Positions 12,301 to 26,400 of a DNA stretch of 64,000 nt are shown in pieces. This stretch comes from Catajapyx aquilonaris (taxonomy: Eukaryota), in the NCBI GenBank assembly GCA_000934665.2, contig KZ537959.1, forward strand, positions 1-64,000, in the 5' to 3' direction. The notes under the pieces were generated by a model that was given only the letters and a program-made list of their open reading frames with translations, had not been told where the DNA came from and did no database searches. Position numbers and translations under genes: made by a program. The stretch's first letter is position 1. Each line of letters opens with the position of its first letter.

Positions 12301-15300
12301 TGAATGCAAATAATGTTGCTCGTTACTGCCACCTAAGTGCTGTTTCGTTACAAGTGGCACTGTACGCTTTGCAAGCTGCAGCTCGCAATGTTAAACGTCC
12401 AGTGCTGAAATTGTGGTGGGGACACCATCCTAGTGATTATGTTATGGTGTTACAAACAGCCTTTGAAGTTGCAAGTGCTGGATGTTCATCAAAGAAACCT
12501 GAACTGTATCGTGAGTCTCTGGCAGCTGTTTTTGGTGCAATTCCAAAGGGGGAGCATCTGGATTTTTTGAGTGGTATATGGTGTACCTCTACCTCAACAC
12601 CAACTAGGTTGCGAGCCCTCTTGGTCGCCAGTGAGTTTATGCGTTGTGGCTCTACCAATGCTGCTCTACTTCCATCACTATTAGTAGCTGCGATGGATCA
12701 AGAAGCCAGTGTGCGTGTTGCAACAATGCGATGTATGTCACAAGTTCAGACTGGGTTGGTGTTGGCCATTTTGAAGGTCAGGCAGGAGGTGGAAGCTGAT
12801 CAGACCTATCTTAAAACATCTGTTACGAAGTTTATTGCTGGTTCCCATGCCACAGAAACAATGCTGCTGGATATTGTTGCTAGTGAGAGCACTCCACCAC
12901 TGATTGTTCACGGGCTACTGGAAGCTCTAAGCAATCACACTAGTGACCGCATGATGCTCGTGTCATCTAAGCTGGCTCAACGATTAATTGCAGAAGAAAA
13001 CCCTGACATGAACTCATTAAAGCTTCTTTTGGCCCGCATTACTGTTGACAACAGTGTCAATCACAAAGTATTCATTGCTGCGTTGACATCTACGAACCAG
13101 TCTGTTGTGACCACCATGCTGGAGGTGATTGACAGGCAGTGGTATTCTGAAGTTAAAGTTCCAGTAATGCGCCAGAAAATTTTGTCCACCATACTGACTC
13201 TGAGTGCTGCAGGAAATAGCAATGCAAGATCAGCACTGAAGCGAATCCGGATACATGCTGATGATGCTGTCCCAGAATTGTCATCAATTCTTGATTTCTC
13301 AACCATTGGTACTAAGCGACGCCGGCGTTCATGGATATCTGGTTTCCCTAATGACTTGGTAGGGAAGCCAAAGTGGCAGCGTATGGTGGCTCTTTTGGAG
13401 ATGCTGCAAGGCAAGAAAAAGTTGATTGGATCACCTGCTCTCATGCCAGCTTTAAATTCAATTGTGAAGGCCTGCTTGGCTGCAGAGATGCAATCAGCTG
13501 CCTCTGAGTATGTGTTACAGTTGGCCCTGACAATTCTCCGACGTTGTGGGGATGATGGTGGAGAATTGGATGCTGCCTTGCTTGTTAGCTGCCTACGATC
13601 ATCCGTTAACCCCCAAACACATCATCAGGCTCTTATGGCTTTGGCTATGGCAGCAAGGAAACAACCGAATGGCTTTATGCATCATCTGATACCATTGTTT
13701 ACATTTGTTGGATCCTCACTGGTGCGCCAAGATGACTCATACACATTTCAACTTATTAAGAATACCATTGAGTCAATTGTGCCTGTTCTTGTTAGTGATG
13801 GCAAGCATGTCAATGAAGTTCTTCGCATATTTGCAATGGCTCTTCAGGATGTACCAGACCATCGTAGACTTGGGCTCTACCGCAATCTGATTGACACAAT
13901 GGGAACTGACTTGCACTTGTGGCTGTTTATGGTGCAGGTGTTTCGTGTTCATGTGACCACCGTAATTCGTACTGGCAAACCTGACTTGATGCTGGAATTT
14001 CTCCAAACCTTGCTGCAAGAATGGGGGGCTGCAGTCCAACTTGATGCTGCTCTGAAGGTGATTAGATATGCACGGAAAAAGGCATTTGAGAACCCCATGC
14101 CTTCGATATTAAGAAATGAGTTACCAGATTTGATTTTCAACATAGCTGAAGTTACCCCAAAGCAACGCCGCCATTTTGTGTATGTGGTGGTTACTTTTGT
14201 GTCTGTTCTCATGAGACATGAGCCCTTTTTGGCCCATGTTGCCGAAGCCGGTGACATGTCTAGCATTGTACGAAATCTCTTGGAAGCCCTTTTAATACTG
14301 GTCGATCAATCCAATGGAGCTGCTGGTCGGGAACCAGATAGAACAAAATATTGGCACACTCTGGCACTGCGAGCATTGGATGCAGTTGAGGGAGTTCTGT
14401 CTTTGCTGCCAGATCCAACACAGTTTGGCCAAGTCATGGCTGGATTGTTACAAAATGGAACAGGAACTGTACGTCGTCGGGGTGCTGAGATTCTCTGTTC
14501 TGCAATACATCGGTTTTCTGCTTCTCCGCAGCAGATGACAGGGCTCATTCCGGCATTAATCAAGGAGGTTGAGAGGTACCATGAAGATGATGGTACCAAT
14601 GCACAAATGGCCCTGATGACACTCAAGCTAATGTGTCGCAATGGTGCCCCGCCAGATGGGGGTATTGCTCTTCTGCAAGTGACAACAATCCTCCTTGCCC
14701 AGGTGAATGCATCAGTGCCATTGCTTTCATCTGGGTTACTTGCACTTGCTGAAGCGGTGACAGTTCTTCGTGCCATGGCTGTAGTGCACATTCCAAAGTT
14801 TATGCCAGCTGCCTTGGGTGCCATTGGTCGCCTGGAAGGAGAAGTAGCACTGCAAGCTGCTGCCACAAGTCTTCATCGCATTGTTGAGCACATGCATCAC
14901 TTTTTGAATCCTTATCTGGTTGACATCGTGGTTCTTGTTGTTCACTGGGAGGCTCCATCAGAGTCACAACTAGGGCTCCGTCTTCGCTCACTGCGGAAGC
15001 TCCTTTCACATGCTATCGGTCCTCGCCTGTTGCTACCAGCCTTGGCTGAAGCCTACCGTAAGTCAGAATTAAGTGCCACCAAAAACCAAGCCCATCATCA
15101 GGTGGCCCACACCCACATTGCAACAGTCCTCTCTGAACTGGTCTCATTTGTTTCTCCAAATGATATAATTGCTCATCGAGATGAAATATTGTCATTGTTC
15201 CTAACATTGTTGCGTACACCTGACAGTGTAACTCTTTGTGCTTTTGGAAACTGGGTTATGCAGATGTCAGAATCCCAATTTCGCCCAGTATTTTTCAAGC

Positions 15301-15899
15301 TTATGGATTGGGCTTCAGATTCCGAGAAATTGATTGCTTTGTACCAATTGTTGTCCGAGTTAGCCCGCCGCCTACAATCTCTGTTCGTGCTTTTTGCTCC
15401 CAACCTGCTTCCAAAGGCCTCTGAAGTACTTATGTCAGAGCCAAGTGCTTCATTGTTGCATGACATACTCTCCACACTTCATGTAATATTCCTACATGCA
15501 CCTGGCACTACCACTGCAACACATCTTGACAAGATGACTCCTGTTATTGTTGGATTGCTGGAGAGGACACTCTCTGATGAAGATGCTGCTCTGTTGGCAA
15601 CTTGCATTGGTGCATTGGCATTCTCTGTTGAGTCAGAAAATGGTGCTGACAGTGTCCAACACCAAGTGCTGTTGAAGACTCGCCACCAGGATGCTTCAGT
15701 TCGAATCAGATCCGTCCACTGTATAGTTGAAATTGCTGCCAAGCTGGGCCCCTCCAGGTATCCATCACTTCTTCCACAAGTGATCCCGTTCTTGGCTGAA
15801 CTTTTGGAGGATGAGGATGAAACTGTCGAGGCAGCAACACATAACATTGTCAGGAAGTTGGAGGAGATGTTGGGTGAATCATTGGAAAAGTACTTCTAA
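6332..15899 (+). CDS. HEATR1: HEAT repeat-containing protein 1 / UTP10 (SSU processome), ~1859 aa, 2 coding exons
   Basis: Exon 6332-6482 (MMAAKTSLSAQLKQLSAPQTS...KKPSILFNPREAANLD, the UTP10 N-terminus) is spliced in phase 1 to exon 10471-15899 (GLSGLEEL...PAQKALEWLVHR...QDDSYTF...SESQFRPVFFKLMDWA...IPFLAELLEDEDETVE...LGESLEKYF*, BP28CT/UTP10 C-terminus). An acceptor at 6274 implies a 5'UTR exon. Confidence 0.95.
6589..6986. mobile_element. Mariner/Tc1-type MITE
   Basis: ~65-bp TIR cagggtgaagggaaactcgtggacaatcaccaggtagactgatagtact / agtactatcagtctacctggtgattgtccgcgagtttaccttcaccctg with TA flanks. Confidence 0.85.
7785..8379. mobile_element. pogo/Tigger-like MITE nested in the hAT relic
   Basis: TA-flanked ends cagtaaaact... 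/ ...agtttcactg; internal repeats of ctataagtcgaa / ctataactcgaa. Confidence 0.7.
8550..8894. mobile_element. Palindromic hAT-type MITE nested in the hAT relic
   Basis: Near full-length palindrome (core ttctgaaccatttgggtcgactccaattggctggagt / actccagccaatcggagtcgacccaaatggttcagaa), termini cagg/cctg, flanks tgtaggaa / tgcaggaa (8-bp TSD with one mismatch). Confidence 0.75.
9651..9818. mobile_element. pogo-like MITE, same family as 60103-60199
   Basis: Ends agttgactctggatataac / gttatgtctggagtttattg; shares gtcccttgaagtctgttat and tcttggttata with the copy at 60103. Confidence 0.6.
10027..10214 (+). mobile_element. Probable solo LTR (~190 bp)
   Basis: TGT...ACA termini, TATAAAA box at ~10107, CT-rich tract and an AATACA polyA-like signal near the 3' end; CpG-richer than the flanks. 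No clean 4-6 bp TSD. Confidence 0.45.
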
Positions 15900-16048
15900 T
15901 TGTTCATAACAATGTACTGTGTGCCTAATGAATGGCCAGATTCAGATCAGACATGTGTTTTATTTATGGAATTTCGGATTTCTGGTGTATGTCGATGCCA
16001 GAATTTTAGTGAGAAATTGTGAATTTTTGGGCAGATATTTGGGCACTA

Positions 16049-16621
16049 CAGTAGGGGTAAGCTAACTTACGGCAGCGCATTAGCAAAATTACGGTAGTGA
16101 GGGAACTTTATTTTTTTGTCGCGAAACGCACCGTTAATCTGAACAATCACGAATAAGGTGCCCAGCGCCAGATCATCTGCTATATTTTGGTGTAATGTCT
16201 GTGTCAATTGAACCAGTTTTGCAGACATGGATGCAGAAATGTAGACATGTCAAATCCCCATATGCTGCCCATGCATAAGCGAGTTTGTTTAGGTCCTTGC
16301 CAAGGGCTCGCATTGTTACTGTATTTTTTTGGTAATGCGCCGCCTTACGGATTTTGGGAGGTGGCTTGTGTCCTTGGCAACCATAATTAGCCCCGCCTCC
16401 TACCAGTCGACCAATCAGGATTCGATTTTAAAACAGATGGGAGTTATGTTCTAAAACCTCAAGAATGAGATGTTTCTTTACACTTACGCAATTGGTAACC
16501 CAATATTTCCCCACCAAACGTTCTAAATTCCGTACAAGAAACTCAGCAGAGGGTGGGGCTAATTATGGTTGCCAAGGACACTAGCCACACCCAAAACCCT
16601 TAGGTTATCTTGTCCCTACTG
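16049..16621. mobile_element. TA-flanked MITE with internal inverted repeat
   Basis: Termini cagtagggg... / ...ccctactg with TA flanks; internal IR gtgtccttggcaaccataattagcccc / ggggctaattatggttgccaaggacac. Confidence 0.7.
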
Positions 16622-17475
16622 TAGTTACTGATTCATCTGCTTTTTTTTGCCACCTTTTGTAGTTCGAAAATTTTGATATCAAAAAATTCGTATGTGTGAA
16701 AGATGAAAAATTCACAGACACTGGGACTTTTCAGGAAAACTTGTGCTTTGAAGGCGGCAGACATTCCGTAAATACTCTCTCCAAAAGGGATTGTGGGTTA
16801 CAAGTACGAAATGAGCAATTCATGTTGGCTGAGATGGTTGCATTTACTATACAATCCACTTTGGACATAACATTGTTACCTTGAGGTTTTGTTGTAGTTG
16901 TTAACAGTAAGTTAACACTGAGTCTACATGGGATAATTATGGGAAAATCAGCATATGTCCAAAATAAGGAAGGCTCTCTCTTCCATACTTGGAAGGATAA
17001 ATTCTTATATGATTGAAGGGGACCTACAGGAAAGTGACTTTCTGGATCAGTTATTTTATAGGTCACCAGAAGTGGTACTCTACTCTATCAAGATGTGTAG
17101 GTCTCATAATTAGGACTTTTTGGACACACAATGCTTTTTCCAAAACTTGTCACATGCAGTTATTGGTTTACTAAAAACACAATGGGAGGGGAAACATTTA
17201 ACTTCAGCAATACTGGTTCGATTGGTTAACTTCTAGATTAACATGGTTAACCCTGTCGTTGGGGTGAAACTAACTGTTAACGTTATTAGATTTCGAAATT
17301 GACAATGCTGAGGCAACATTTTAATACTGGACTCGATTAATGTCTTGACAGACTCTTTATTTTTATTAAGCCATTGACTCTCAATCATAAAGTGACACTG
17401 TTAATGACTTTTCTGACACTCGGCAGTGATTATGGTGACTAGAGATCAGGCAAATGCAGCCCACTTTTCATAAAG

Positions 17476-20400
17476 TCAGACGGTGCCATTATTGCCACCA
17501 TTGGCGGTCCGATGGTTGTGATGGAAGTGTGGAGGTGGCACCAAAGTAGCTTCTGGAGTCTGAGATTGTTGGCTGCCCTTCCGTCGCAGGTGGAAGATGA
17601 CAAGGAGAATCACAGCGTTGATGAAGAACAAGACTGCCATAATGGCTGAAGGGAGTATCACATCTGCAATGGGAAGAGAAATAAATGCATGTAAATCCCA
17701 AGAAGTGGAAGTCACGATGCAAACTACACAAGGCACCAAGCCACTCACTGCATGAATACTGCATAGGCCTACTGTCGCCTACTGCAGTATGTTCTCTGCC
17801 ACATTGATACTGAGATTTATACACTTCCAGACTATTACAGCATTAAAGACACTTAATTTTATGCCTCATGATGGACAGTAACAATGGTTTAGAATAATTG
17901 CAAAATCCTGGTCAAAACAAATTTTTCTGACATTTACTGGAATAAAAGAAATGCCCATAAAGTAGGCTATTGTTACATTACTGACATAACGAGTGTGTGT
18001 CGTAATTTGCTGAAACAAGTTCGCTGTAATTTTGCCTCTGAAATTGGAGGCCATGTGCAACAAAATACTGTTTTTTTGTTACTGTTTTTTTTGCGCAAAA
18101 TGTACTGTGAAATTTGTTTGCCTGGAATCAGGTTCATGCAACATATGAGCAACTGTAACACGCCTGTTACTGCATGTAAGTTTTACTCAATGATATATTG
18201 ATTGCTTCTATAGCAGGAACCAAGTTGCTCTATTTTTCCAGTAGATATCTTGAGAGATATCTAGTAAAGTGAGTCTAAGAAGTGTGTGACACTGAAGATG
18301 GTATGAAAATAAAAGTGTGGAACTATATGAATGATCAAATATCAAGTGCAGCCTCCCTTCCAATTCGAGTTCAGCGACCACAGCCTTACCAGAAGTGTTG
18401 GACATATTTAACTTACTGACTGAAGGGTTAAACGAACCTTGTATATTATGTTACTCTTACATTGGATCCACCATATTGAGTCTTGTCAATCTGACTCCAG
18501 TTTCGAATATTCACCAGCTACGAAAACTATTTTTGGAGGAAGTTTCAAACAAATAAGGTACTGTACCCGGAGATTTTAAGAGTTTTGACCAGGTTCTTGC
18601 AATTACAGATTACTGTGAGTATAGTTCACATTTTATAAGGCACATTCATGATGACGTGTATGATGGTCCATGAACTGGATTATACAAGTACATCAAAAAT
18701 CGGAACATTGAAGCCATATCATCTGGTTTGAAAATTTGACACGATGTGTTATTACTGGAATATTGGATTAGGTCAGTCAGATTGAATCATTCTTCCCACA
18801 ATTTCAAAATAAAACTCGAAATACTTTGATGGCAATGGAAGCATTGAATTACACCCAGTGCTTTGGCGCATTGGAATGGGCCGCCTCACCAGTAAATACT
18901 ACGTTGTGATCAATCGGTGAGACTTGCAGCAATGTCGGTTCGTGGTCGGACGTGTTGTTACTTCTCCATATTACGTAGTACGGCCCATCTTCCTGCTGCG
19001 TGGCGGCAGTTGACGAGGCGTTGATGCCAGCAGCTCCGAGTCCGAAGCCCTTGGCAATGACCTGGTCCTCTCTGACGCAGTCCGGGACCGTGTCATTCCA
19101 CGTGTCGTAACAGGCCAGTAGCCTAGTCCTCTGGAGAGTGTCCGGAAAGACGTGGTCAACGCAGCACATGAACTGCGCGTGTGTCTCGTTCCTGGAGACC
19201 AGATATCCGTCCACAGGAGACGGGGGTGTGGGACAGCCGGCTATGGCCCTGAAGTGCATCAGCACCCCTCTCTTCGGGTACAGGAAGGTGCTCTTGGCGC
19301 TCAGCACCACCTCCACGCTGCTCCCTTCCGACTCTAGTGTCCAAGTACCCGTGTCTCCCTTGGAGTGATAGCCGTCCTTATTGATTCGGCCCTCCGGAGC
19401 ACCCAAATCTCCGCATCCGCTGAAGAGTGTCCTGGTGCCCTCCCGCACCGAGAGAGTGTCCACGCAGCCTGACTCGCCCGTGGCCACCCCCCGGATGGAT
19501 AGGTCCAGCAGGGTGAGTACGATCCGGCCCCCGGTCGGGCTCCTGATGCGCCACCAGCACTCCCGCTGCCCTTGGTAGTAGCGAGGGTAGGTGGGGTTGC
19601 TCAGGAAGCCCTCTCCGGCCTCGATCTCTTCGTTACAGTACCGGACGAGCTCGTCTGGAAATTCAAGACCGATCACTTGTTAGTAGAGAGTCTCTATACT
19701 GATATATGACCGGATATGACAAAAAACGTCACACATTGAAATAAGAACCGCCAACAATGCGGATGATATTGTGGTGTTGGACTGCTTAGGACATATAGTT
19801 CAACTAGGCTCATATAGTTCAACAGTGACAATTTGCCAGTAACTACAGTATTTTCAGGAGTCACGTGCATTGCCGTTTCCGTGGGCAAAAAAAGTACTGC
19901 AAAAATGATGGTGAAATTTTGCATTACCCCTCAGTCTCCAAAGAATTGCCTTACTGTCAGCTTGCCACTGACTGGTACAGATTAATTCATAATCACGTTT
20001 GTATACATAATGGGCTGTTTGTGATTCACAGGTCCATGTTAACTGACAGGGTTTTTGCTCCCTTGTGGTGCTTACACAATACCCAGGGCTGGGCGAACAT
20101 CACAGCATAATTTAATAAAGCCATGGATGTGGTGTGATTGCAGACACTATAATTCATTATATTGTGTATGCAGAGCGCGGAGCCTAAATAATGAACTGCC
20201 ACATAGGACCTATTCATCACATAAGAAGTATGCTGCAGTTAGTTAGGTTAATTGCCCTTGGGATTCTCTTTCCCGTCGGAGTAGCCTACCTATACACGTT
20301 TATTAATTAACCTTTCTCCCCCACAACACCGAAAACAATAATAAGGTTGATGTTGAAAAACTGTACCAACTCGGAAAGGCCACGGGAATAATATACGGTA

Positions 20401-23400
20401 GGCCTACTTAGATTCCCGTACAAGTTACGCACATGATTTTTATCAATCAGACTTATAAAAAAATCTACTGTAGTTACCAAACTCCTGAAATGGGAACCAT
20501 GCGCCATGCCCACTAAATCCAACAGCTGGCTTCCGGGCTGGTTATGAGGCTCATTATCGTGTTAGACTGAACAGTAATTAATACTCGCATATGGTAAAAT
20601 TGTAGTGAACGATTTAATAATTACAGGTCTAAATAATAACTGCACCATTCGCTGCCGTCCTCGTGTATAGAGATAAGAAAACGGGTTCTGGAAGGTGGGA
20701 GATAAAACATCATAAACTAAATAATTCATCACCACGTTCCGGAAGACTGCCGTAATTTTTTATCGCTTGCAGAAGACGCTGAAAGATCGATTCACGTAAT
20801 TCTGTGTATCCTAGGAACGTCCTCTGTACCCGCCTGATAGTGAGTTCTCTTGAGTGTCATAGGTCGCACTGCTAGTCGAACACACTGATATTCGCATTGC
20901 AATAATTTATTTCCAGATAAGTGGAAATGACGTGTCACCTTATCCAACTAGTTAATTGAAAATCGATCTGACCGCATTGTGCCAAGTAATAATTTCTAGC
21001 CGATTAGACGGTACATGTAAGTTTCGGCGCTAAATGTCGCTGCTGAATGGGATAGCCCGTGTCCAATCCGGACGCGGGTATGAAACAATAATGGATAGGG
21101 CCTTTTGATTTATAGCCACGGGGAAGTCTACTCCCCGTAGTTTTATCGCTGAAGGGGGAGACCTTCCAACAACCACGTTATTGCCATCCAGTGAAATCAG
21201 TTCCTCAAATTTCACTCTTTATCTTTTCGCTTCCAATCACGCTCCATCCTGATTTATAGTCGGCTACTAGTTCAGATTAGTCGCTGGATGTCTTTGATAT
21301 AAAATCTACCCCTCAAGAACGTGATGTCGGATCCAAAATGGTCAGAAGCATTTTATGCAAAAATTGTGACGAATATTGGCATGGGGACCTTCCTCATACC
21401 AGTCAGGTGTCAAAGGTCAGGGTCTGGGGATGAGCGATGCCGTACACATGTTGCGTGAGTCAGCCTAGCGCGAAAGGACAGTTTTTTGGTCCCCTTTTGC
21501 TCCTTTTATTCCCTTACAAATCTGCGTTGATGGATACGAGGGGGTCTCCCCTCATTACAATCTCAATGGTCCGCTGGCCCAAAATAAGAGCCATCGGCCG
21601 CATTTAATCACGATTAATCCCACCCCCTTCTTCCTCCATTGATGCCCGTCAACACCATTTTAGAGAGCTTCTGTCGACGCAGTCATCGAGGGGTGGGCTC
21701 CCTTCGATGCTCCAATTTGCATATCCCCACCTGCTACACCCAAGTCTTGTCTGGCATTGTTGAACACTTAAAACCGATTGAAATGTTTGGCTGGTGGCGC
21801 CCCAATTTCATTTCCTTTTTTTTTTCTTTGGAACTAGTTCATCCGAACGGGTCGTGCAATTTGGAGCATCCCGGTTGGCGGAAATCAAATTAGCGGAGCG
21901 CTTCCTGAAGGCAAGCGCCGCGAATATTGCGAGAGAAGATGGATAGGGGCACGATTTGGAGAAACAAGACTTACCACCCATACAGACGTATCTGATGATA
22001 ACCACCCCAGGGGACCAGTTGTGGGACGCTGGGTAATCTTCTTTGAGGTTGAAGTTGCATGTGCTGCGACCCGAACATCTGAAATTCAAAAGAGACAAAA
22101 AATTTCAACAAAAGTAGCATTTCGATTGCAACTAGTTATAATTTGAAAAGCCTGCGAATATTTTTAATTACGAATTAAATTTAGGTTATACCAACCAACA
22201 CCATCATAATGTATTCTCATGCAATTAGGGATGCTACCAACAAGCGTGTAGATAAGCTACTATTAGCTCCCCTAACGTAAACATATGAGTAGTCATAAGC
22301 GTGGAGAGCTTGTGATTGGCGACGCTTTGAGCTTCACTTTTTGCAATAATGAGCGGCAATGACAGCAAAAGCAAACGTGTCCTGGAGCGATGTCACGTGC
22401 TGTTTGTGCAGATAGAGTACGGTGCGGATGGTTGGAGTGCAGCTCTTATATATGCGAATTCCTCTCCCCCTTTTGTCCCTGTGTTTACATGGGCCCCGCT
22501 TTATCCGGAGGGGATTTTGGGGGCCAAGGGGATCGATACAAGCGGCTCCATTGATATTGGGGGATTGTTCAGGGTCGACCTCACTTACATCTGCTAGCCT
22601 CCACACACTCACGCCTCTCTCTATTCTTCAGAGTCTATTACGCTTCTATTACATTATCCCACAGGCTATTCGACTGCAACAATGCGGCCATTTCTCTCCA
22701 GCCCAGACACTCATGTGACAGCAAAGGCGTGTTTGTGCCACTCCATCTTTCCAGCCGCATTGTCCTCCCCTGTTTGCCTTCGTCTTCATTAAGGAGCGTC
22801 TGCCAGGTCATTCTACTTGATTGCTCTCAGGGGCCTTTCAGAACGTTGTTGTCATTCACTATAACCATACGTGCAGTCTGGTATCTTGATTATTCCGGAT
22901 TACGACACGTGCAGGGAGGTTTCGCATGTGGACTCCGGACACGAATAGGCGATTATATCATTTCTTTATGAAGGAAATGGCCGCGAGGAAGACGGCGGAT
23001 ACAGGCACAAACGACCGGTGTGGAGAGCACGGATGAAGCATCACCACTTTTCCAACAAAAAAGCCTCTACAATAGCCAGGATCAAGCGTGAGATAGCTTC
23101 CCTTTTATTGAAAAGGAGTCGGTTAGACCCCCCTTTTGGGAGAATCCCTCTGAGCTGAGTATCGTGCTCTAGAGTCCACTGTGCGGCTTCACGTCTGCAA
23201 ACTGAGCCGGATTAGGGACGTGACTCAGGTGTGTTTCGTCATAAGAGAGGGATCCTCCATGAGAATTGGACTCCAAGGAGATCAAGCTTTGCGGCTAGTT
23301 TCCATCACCTTTTTGCATAACCCCCTTCTGGTTTAGGGAGTGATGTGGCGGTCACGAATGAACGCTCCACACACAAATGGCGGTTATAAAATGGGGCGGC

Positions 23401-26400
23401 ACAGGTGCAGTGAGCATGCACGCCATAATCAGTCAGCCCTCCCCTCTTTCTCCCCTTCTGGTTGATAGGGTGAACAAAAAAGTGGTTTGTAGTGGCGTTG
23501 ACCAAGCAACATGCATGAAATTACGCAACGCACGCTATCAGGTGCGTGCCACCAAACGGAGACATCACCGCACCATTGCGATTCATTAGCCTCCTATCAT
23601 TGATTGGCTGGAATTAACTATAGTGCGTGAGAGAGGACGATAGGCAGGGTGGTCCGGATATGCAGTCTCCGGTTGTTATTCGGCTACTTAGATACCCCGG
23701 GTGTGACTGGCCAGCTGGACTTGAAATGTCCAGATTTATGCTGGCCATTACGTGTGTCTGAAAAGCGACATGCTGCGAGGTCTTATCTGTTTGGTGCATG
23801 TCTGGTCAAAAGTTGGGAATAGTTGGGAGATTGAAAGGCGGCAGCTGCACCCGCAGGTCACCCCAAGAGACCCCTATGGTCCTCCCTACGGGGGGTGCCC
23901 CCTTCCCAGGCAGGGCTTTTCCCATTCAAGGAGTCCCTTCTCCATCCCAGCTGGACCGCCCTTTACATCATAATAGACGGACGCGTTTCAATGACGAATC
24001 CCTCGCATCATGTACCAGGGTTCAGGTTGTTCAAGCAGTCTTAGTTTCACTAATGAATTTTGGTTACACCCTCCCCCGCTCTTCAAAACCATATGTGTAA
24101 TCTCAAGAGGCAAAAATGGACGCGCAATCTCAACTTATATATAGGACCTCTTTCGGCTTGATGCAAAGTACAGGGTGGATAACCCATACAAGTCGACCCT
24201 CATGCATGTTCCGTGTGTCATACACCGAGGCAGGTTCAATTAATAATGGATTTTAATCATTCGGATGAGAGCAAGGGGTGAGGGTAGGGTTGATGTTGAG
24301 ATGCTTTTGCTGTCAGCATAATGTGGCTTAAAATTATATTATTTAGAGGGTTGGGGGTGAGTAACGTGTGCACCACAATGCAGGCTGCTCTAGGAGTTCT
24401 ATTCCCAGGAGGAGATGCGGTAGAAAAGAGTGATGCAGCAGAGCAGAAGAGTGAGTCTGCAGATGCTTTTTCAAGTCTTTGTCCCAGATTGCTTTAATCT
24501 TTTTTGCCCTTCCTTCTTCCCGGAGAAGGCAAGCAATCGGCCCATTCTTCTTTTTTTTTGTCCCGTAATCGCAGCCGAATTCTATGCCTCTCTGCTCATT
24601 CGGAAGGCAATTTTGGCCCGAGTTTGCCTCTCTATAGATTTTATTAGGTTAGGTTAGGTTAAGGCTGGATGAGTTCGCATCCTCCCTCCATCCATATAGG
24701 CATTCTCCCCTTTTGTTTCCCTCCCTTTCCCTTGAAAATAAGTCCCATCGGAGCTGGCGCACTTACTCTCCCTTTCCCTAATTGTGTACAAGTTTGAAAT
24801 GCTGAATGGTAGGAAGGGTCCTAAATGGATGGGACTTCACGTTGAAAAGGTCACTTTCGACAGTCACAATGGCACTGGCCACATCCATCGCCTTCCCTGT
24901 AATTATTGTGACGTCACGTGATATTATGTGAACTAGTAGATATGTAGGGACAAAGCAAAGGGGTCTGGAGGCCCGATCTATAAACGTATTGATTTGGGTT
25001 TCGGGTGCACTTCCATCCTTTTTTTCCCTCCCCATGAAAAAGCACGTGCCTGTCCCCCCAGCAAGCCAGTCAGCTATCGAGTGCATGGGAGGAAATGGCA
25101 GGAACATTAATCCCAATCCCAGAGCCCTGTTCACTCTGCATTCATCATTGGCTTACTCATGCAACCCTCCTGCTCTCAACTCTTTGCCTACCTGACTGCT
25201 GCCCATAACGAATTCATTTGGTTCACCATTGTCATCAATGAATTGAACACCCAACCCCAGGTCAAAAACCTCGAAGGCACTGGTTTTTTTCCCTCAAGTT
25301 TCAAATATGTTTTGGCGACAGTTTCTGCGGAACAAATGCAGCTAATTGCACAGCCCGGGCCATGTAATTGCAAACCGCTGCCTTGCAGTCGAAAATCCTT
25401 TGGCATGCAAATCATGCCTTTTTTTTGTTCCGGCTCCCTTCCTTCTAGGCCTTCATTATGGCGATTAGACGCCGTTGTGCAAGTCAAGAGCATCGGCTTT
25501 TGCCAGGCCGGGAGACTCACAAAAGGCAACATGTCCGTGCGGAAAATAATGACACCTAGAACGCATAAAGGGAACAAGCCGGTGTCGGTTTTGCGACTCC
25601 CCGTCGAGCCCGTGGCGACAGGAAAATCCGGTGTAGATTGCAGATGGGCAAAGTTGCTAGGGCTTGACGACGCGGAATGATGAGGAAAGTTTTGGAAAGT
25701 TTCAGCGATGAAACGTATATCTCCGGTGGGGTGGAAAAGTTGGGCGAAGAGGGTGCTGTAAAACCCGTGAGAAAGATGTGGGTGTAACCATGTCAAAGAA
25801 GCGTGTTATTGCAATGCATGACCGGTTGGGTGGGGTTTGGACTGACCTGTAGTTGACCGGGTGTCGGATGTGGTACCTGGGTTTGGCCAGGGTGAGACCA
25901 GCCATGGTGATCGGGAATGGTAGGGGAAGAGGAAGGCGGGGGAGGCGGATGGGAGGGGAAGGAGAGGGGTAGGGTGCTGTGAGGGGAGGAAGTGGGGAGG
26001 AAGGAGGAAGGAAGGGTATGGGACAGGCGGAGGTGGACCAGTTTCCGGGCAGGACCAAAACTCCGGCGGAGACCACCCCTATCTTCTTTGGATCCGGACA
26101 CCACAGACGAAGATGACCCCATGAGCATCCCACAGCTTCTCGAACCTCTGAAAGAAGGTCAAACAACAGCAATTATGAGCAAGGCCAGCTTGAAAGGTCG
26201 AGATGGGGAATCGATATGGTGTAGACCGCGCGCAATGGTGTCCCCGCAGACCACCGAAGCCTCACTATCGTTTGGAGGACTCCCGTGATCAATCTTGCAT
26301 GACTTTCCACGTCATATTTGCCCCTGGACAAGCCATTCATTATTCAGAGTGCTCTCTCAAGACTCGGAGGCACATAGATGGCCATTTTTGCACTTTACGG

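Noticed and set aside
10465..15847. Many minus-strand ORFs of 60-186 aa
   Set aside because: Antisense shadows of the HEATR1 exon; no independent motifs.
25159..25796. Overlapping 173-aa (+) and 202-aa (-) ORFs
   Set aside because: They lie in intron 2 of the lectin-CUB gene, have no recognisable domain, and are not needed for frame continuity.
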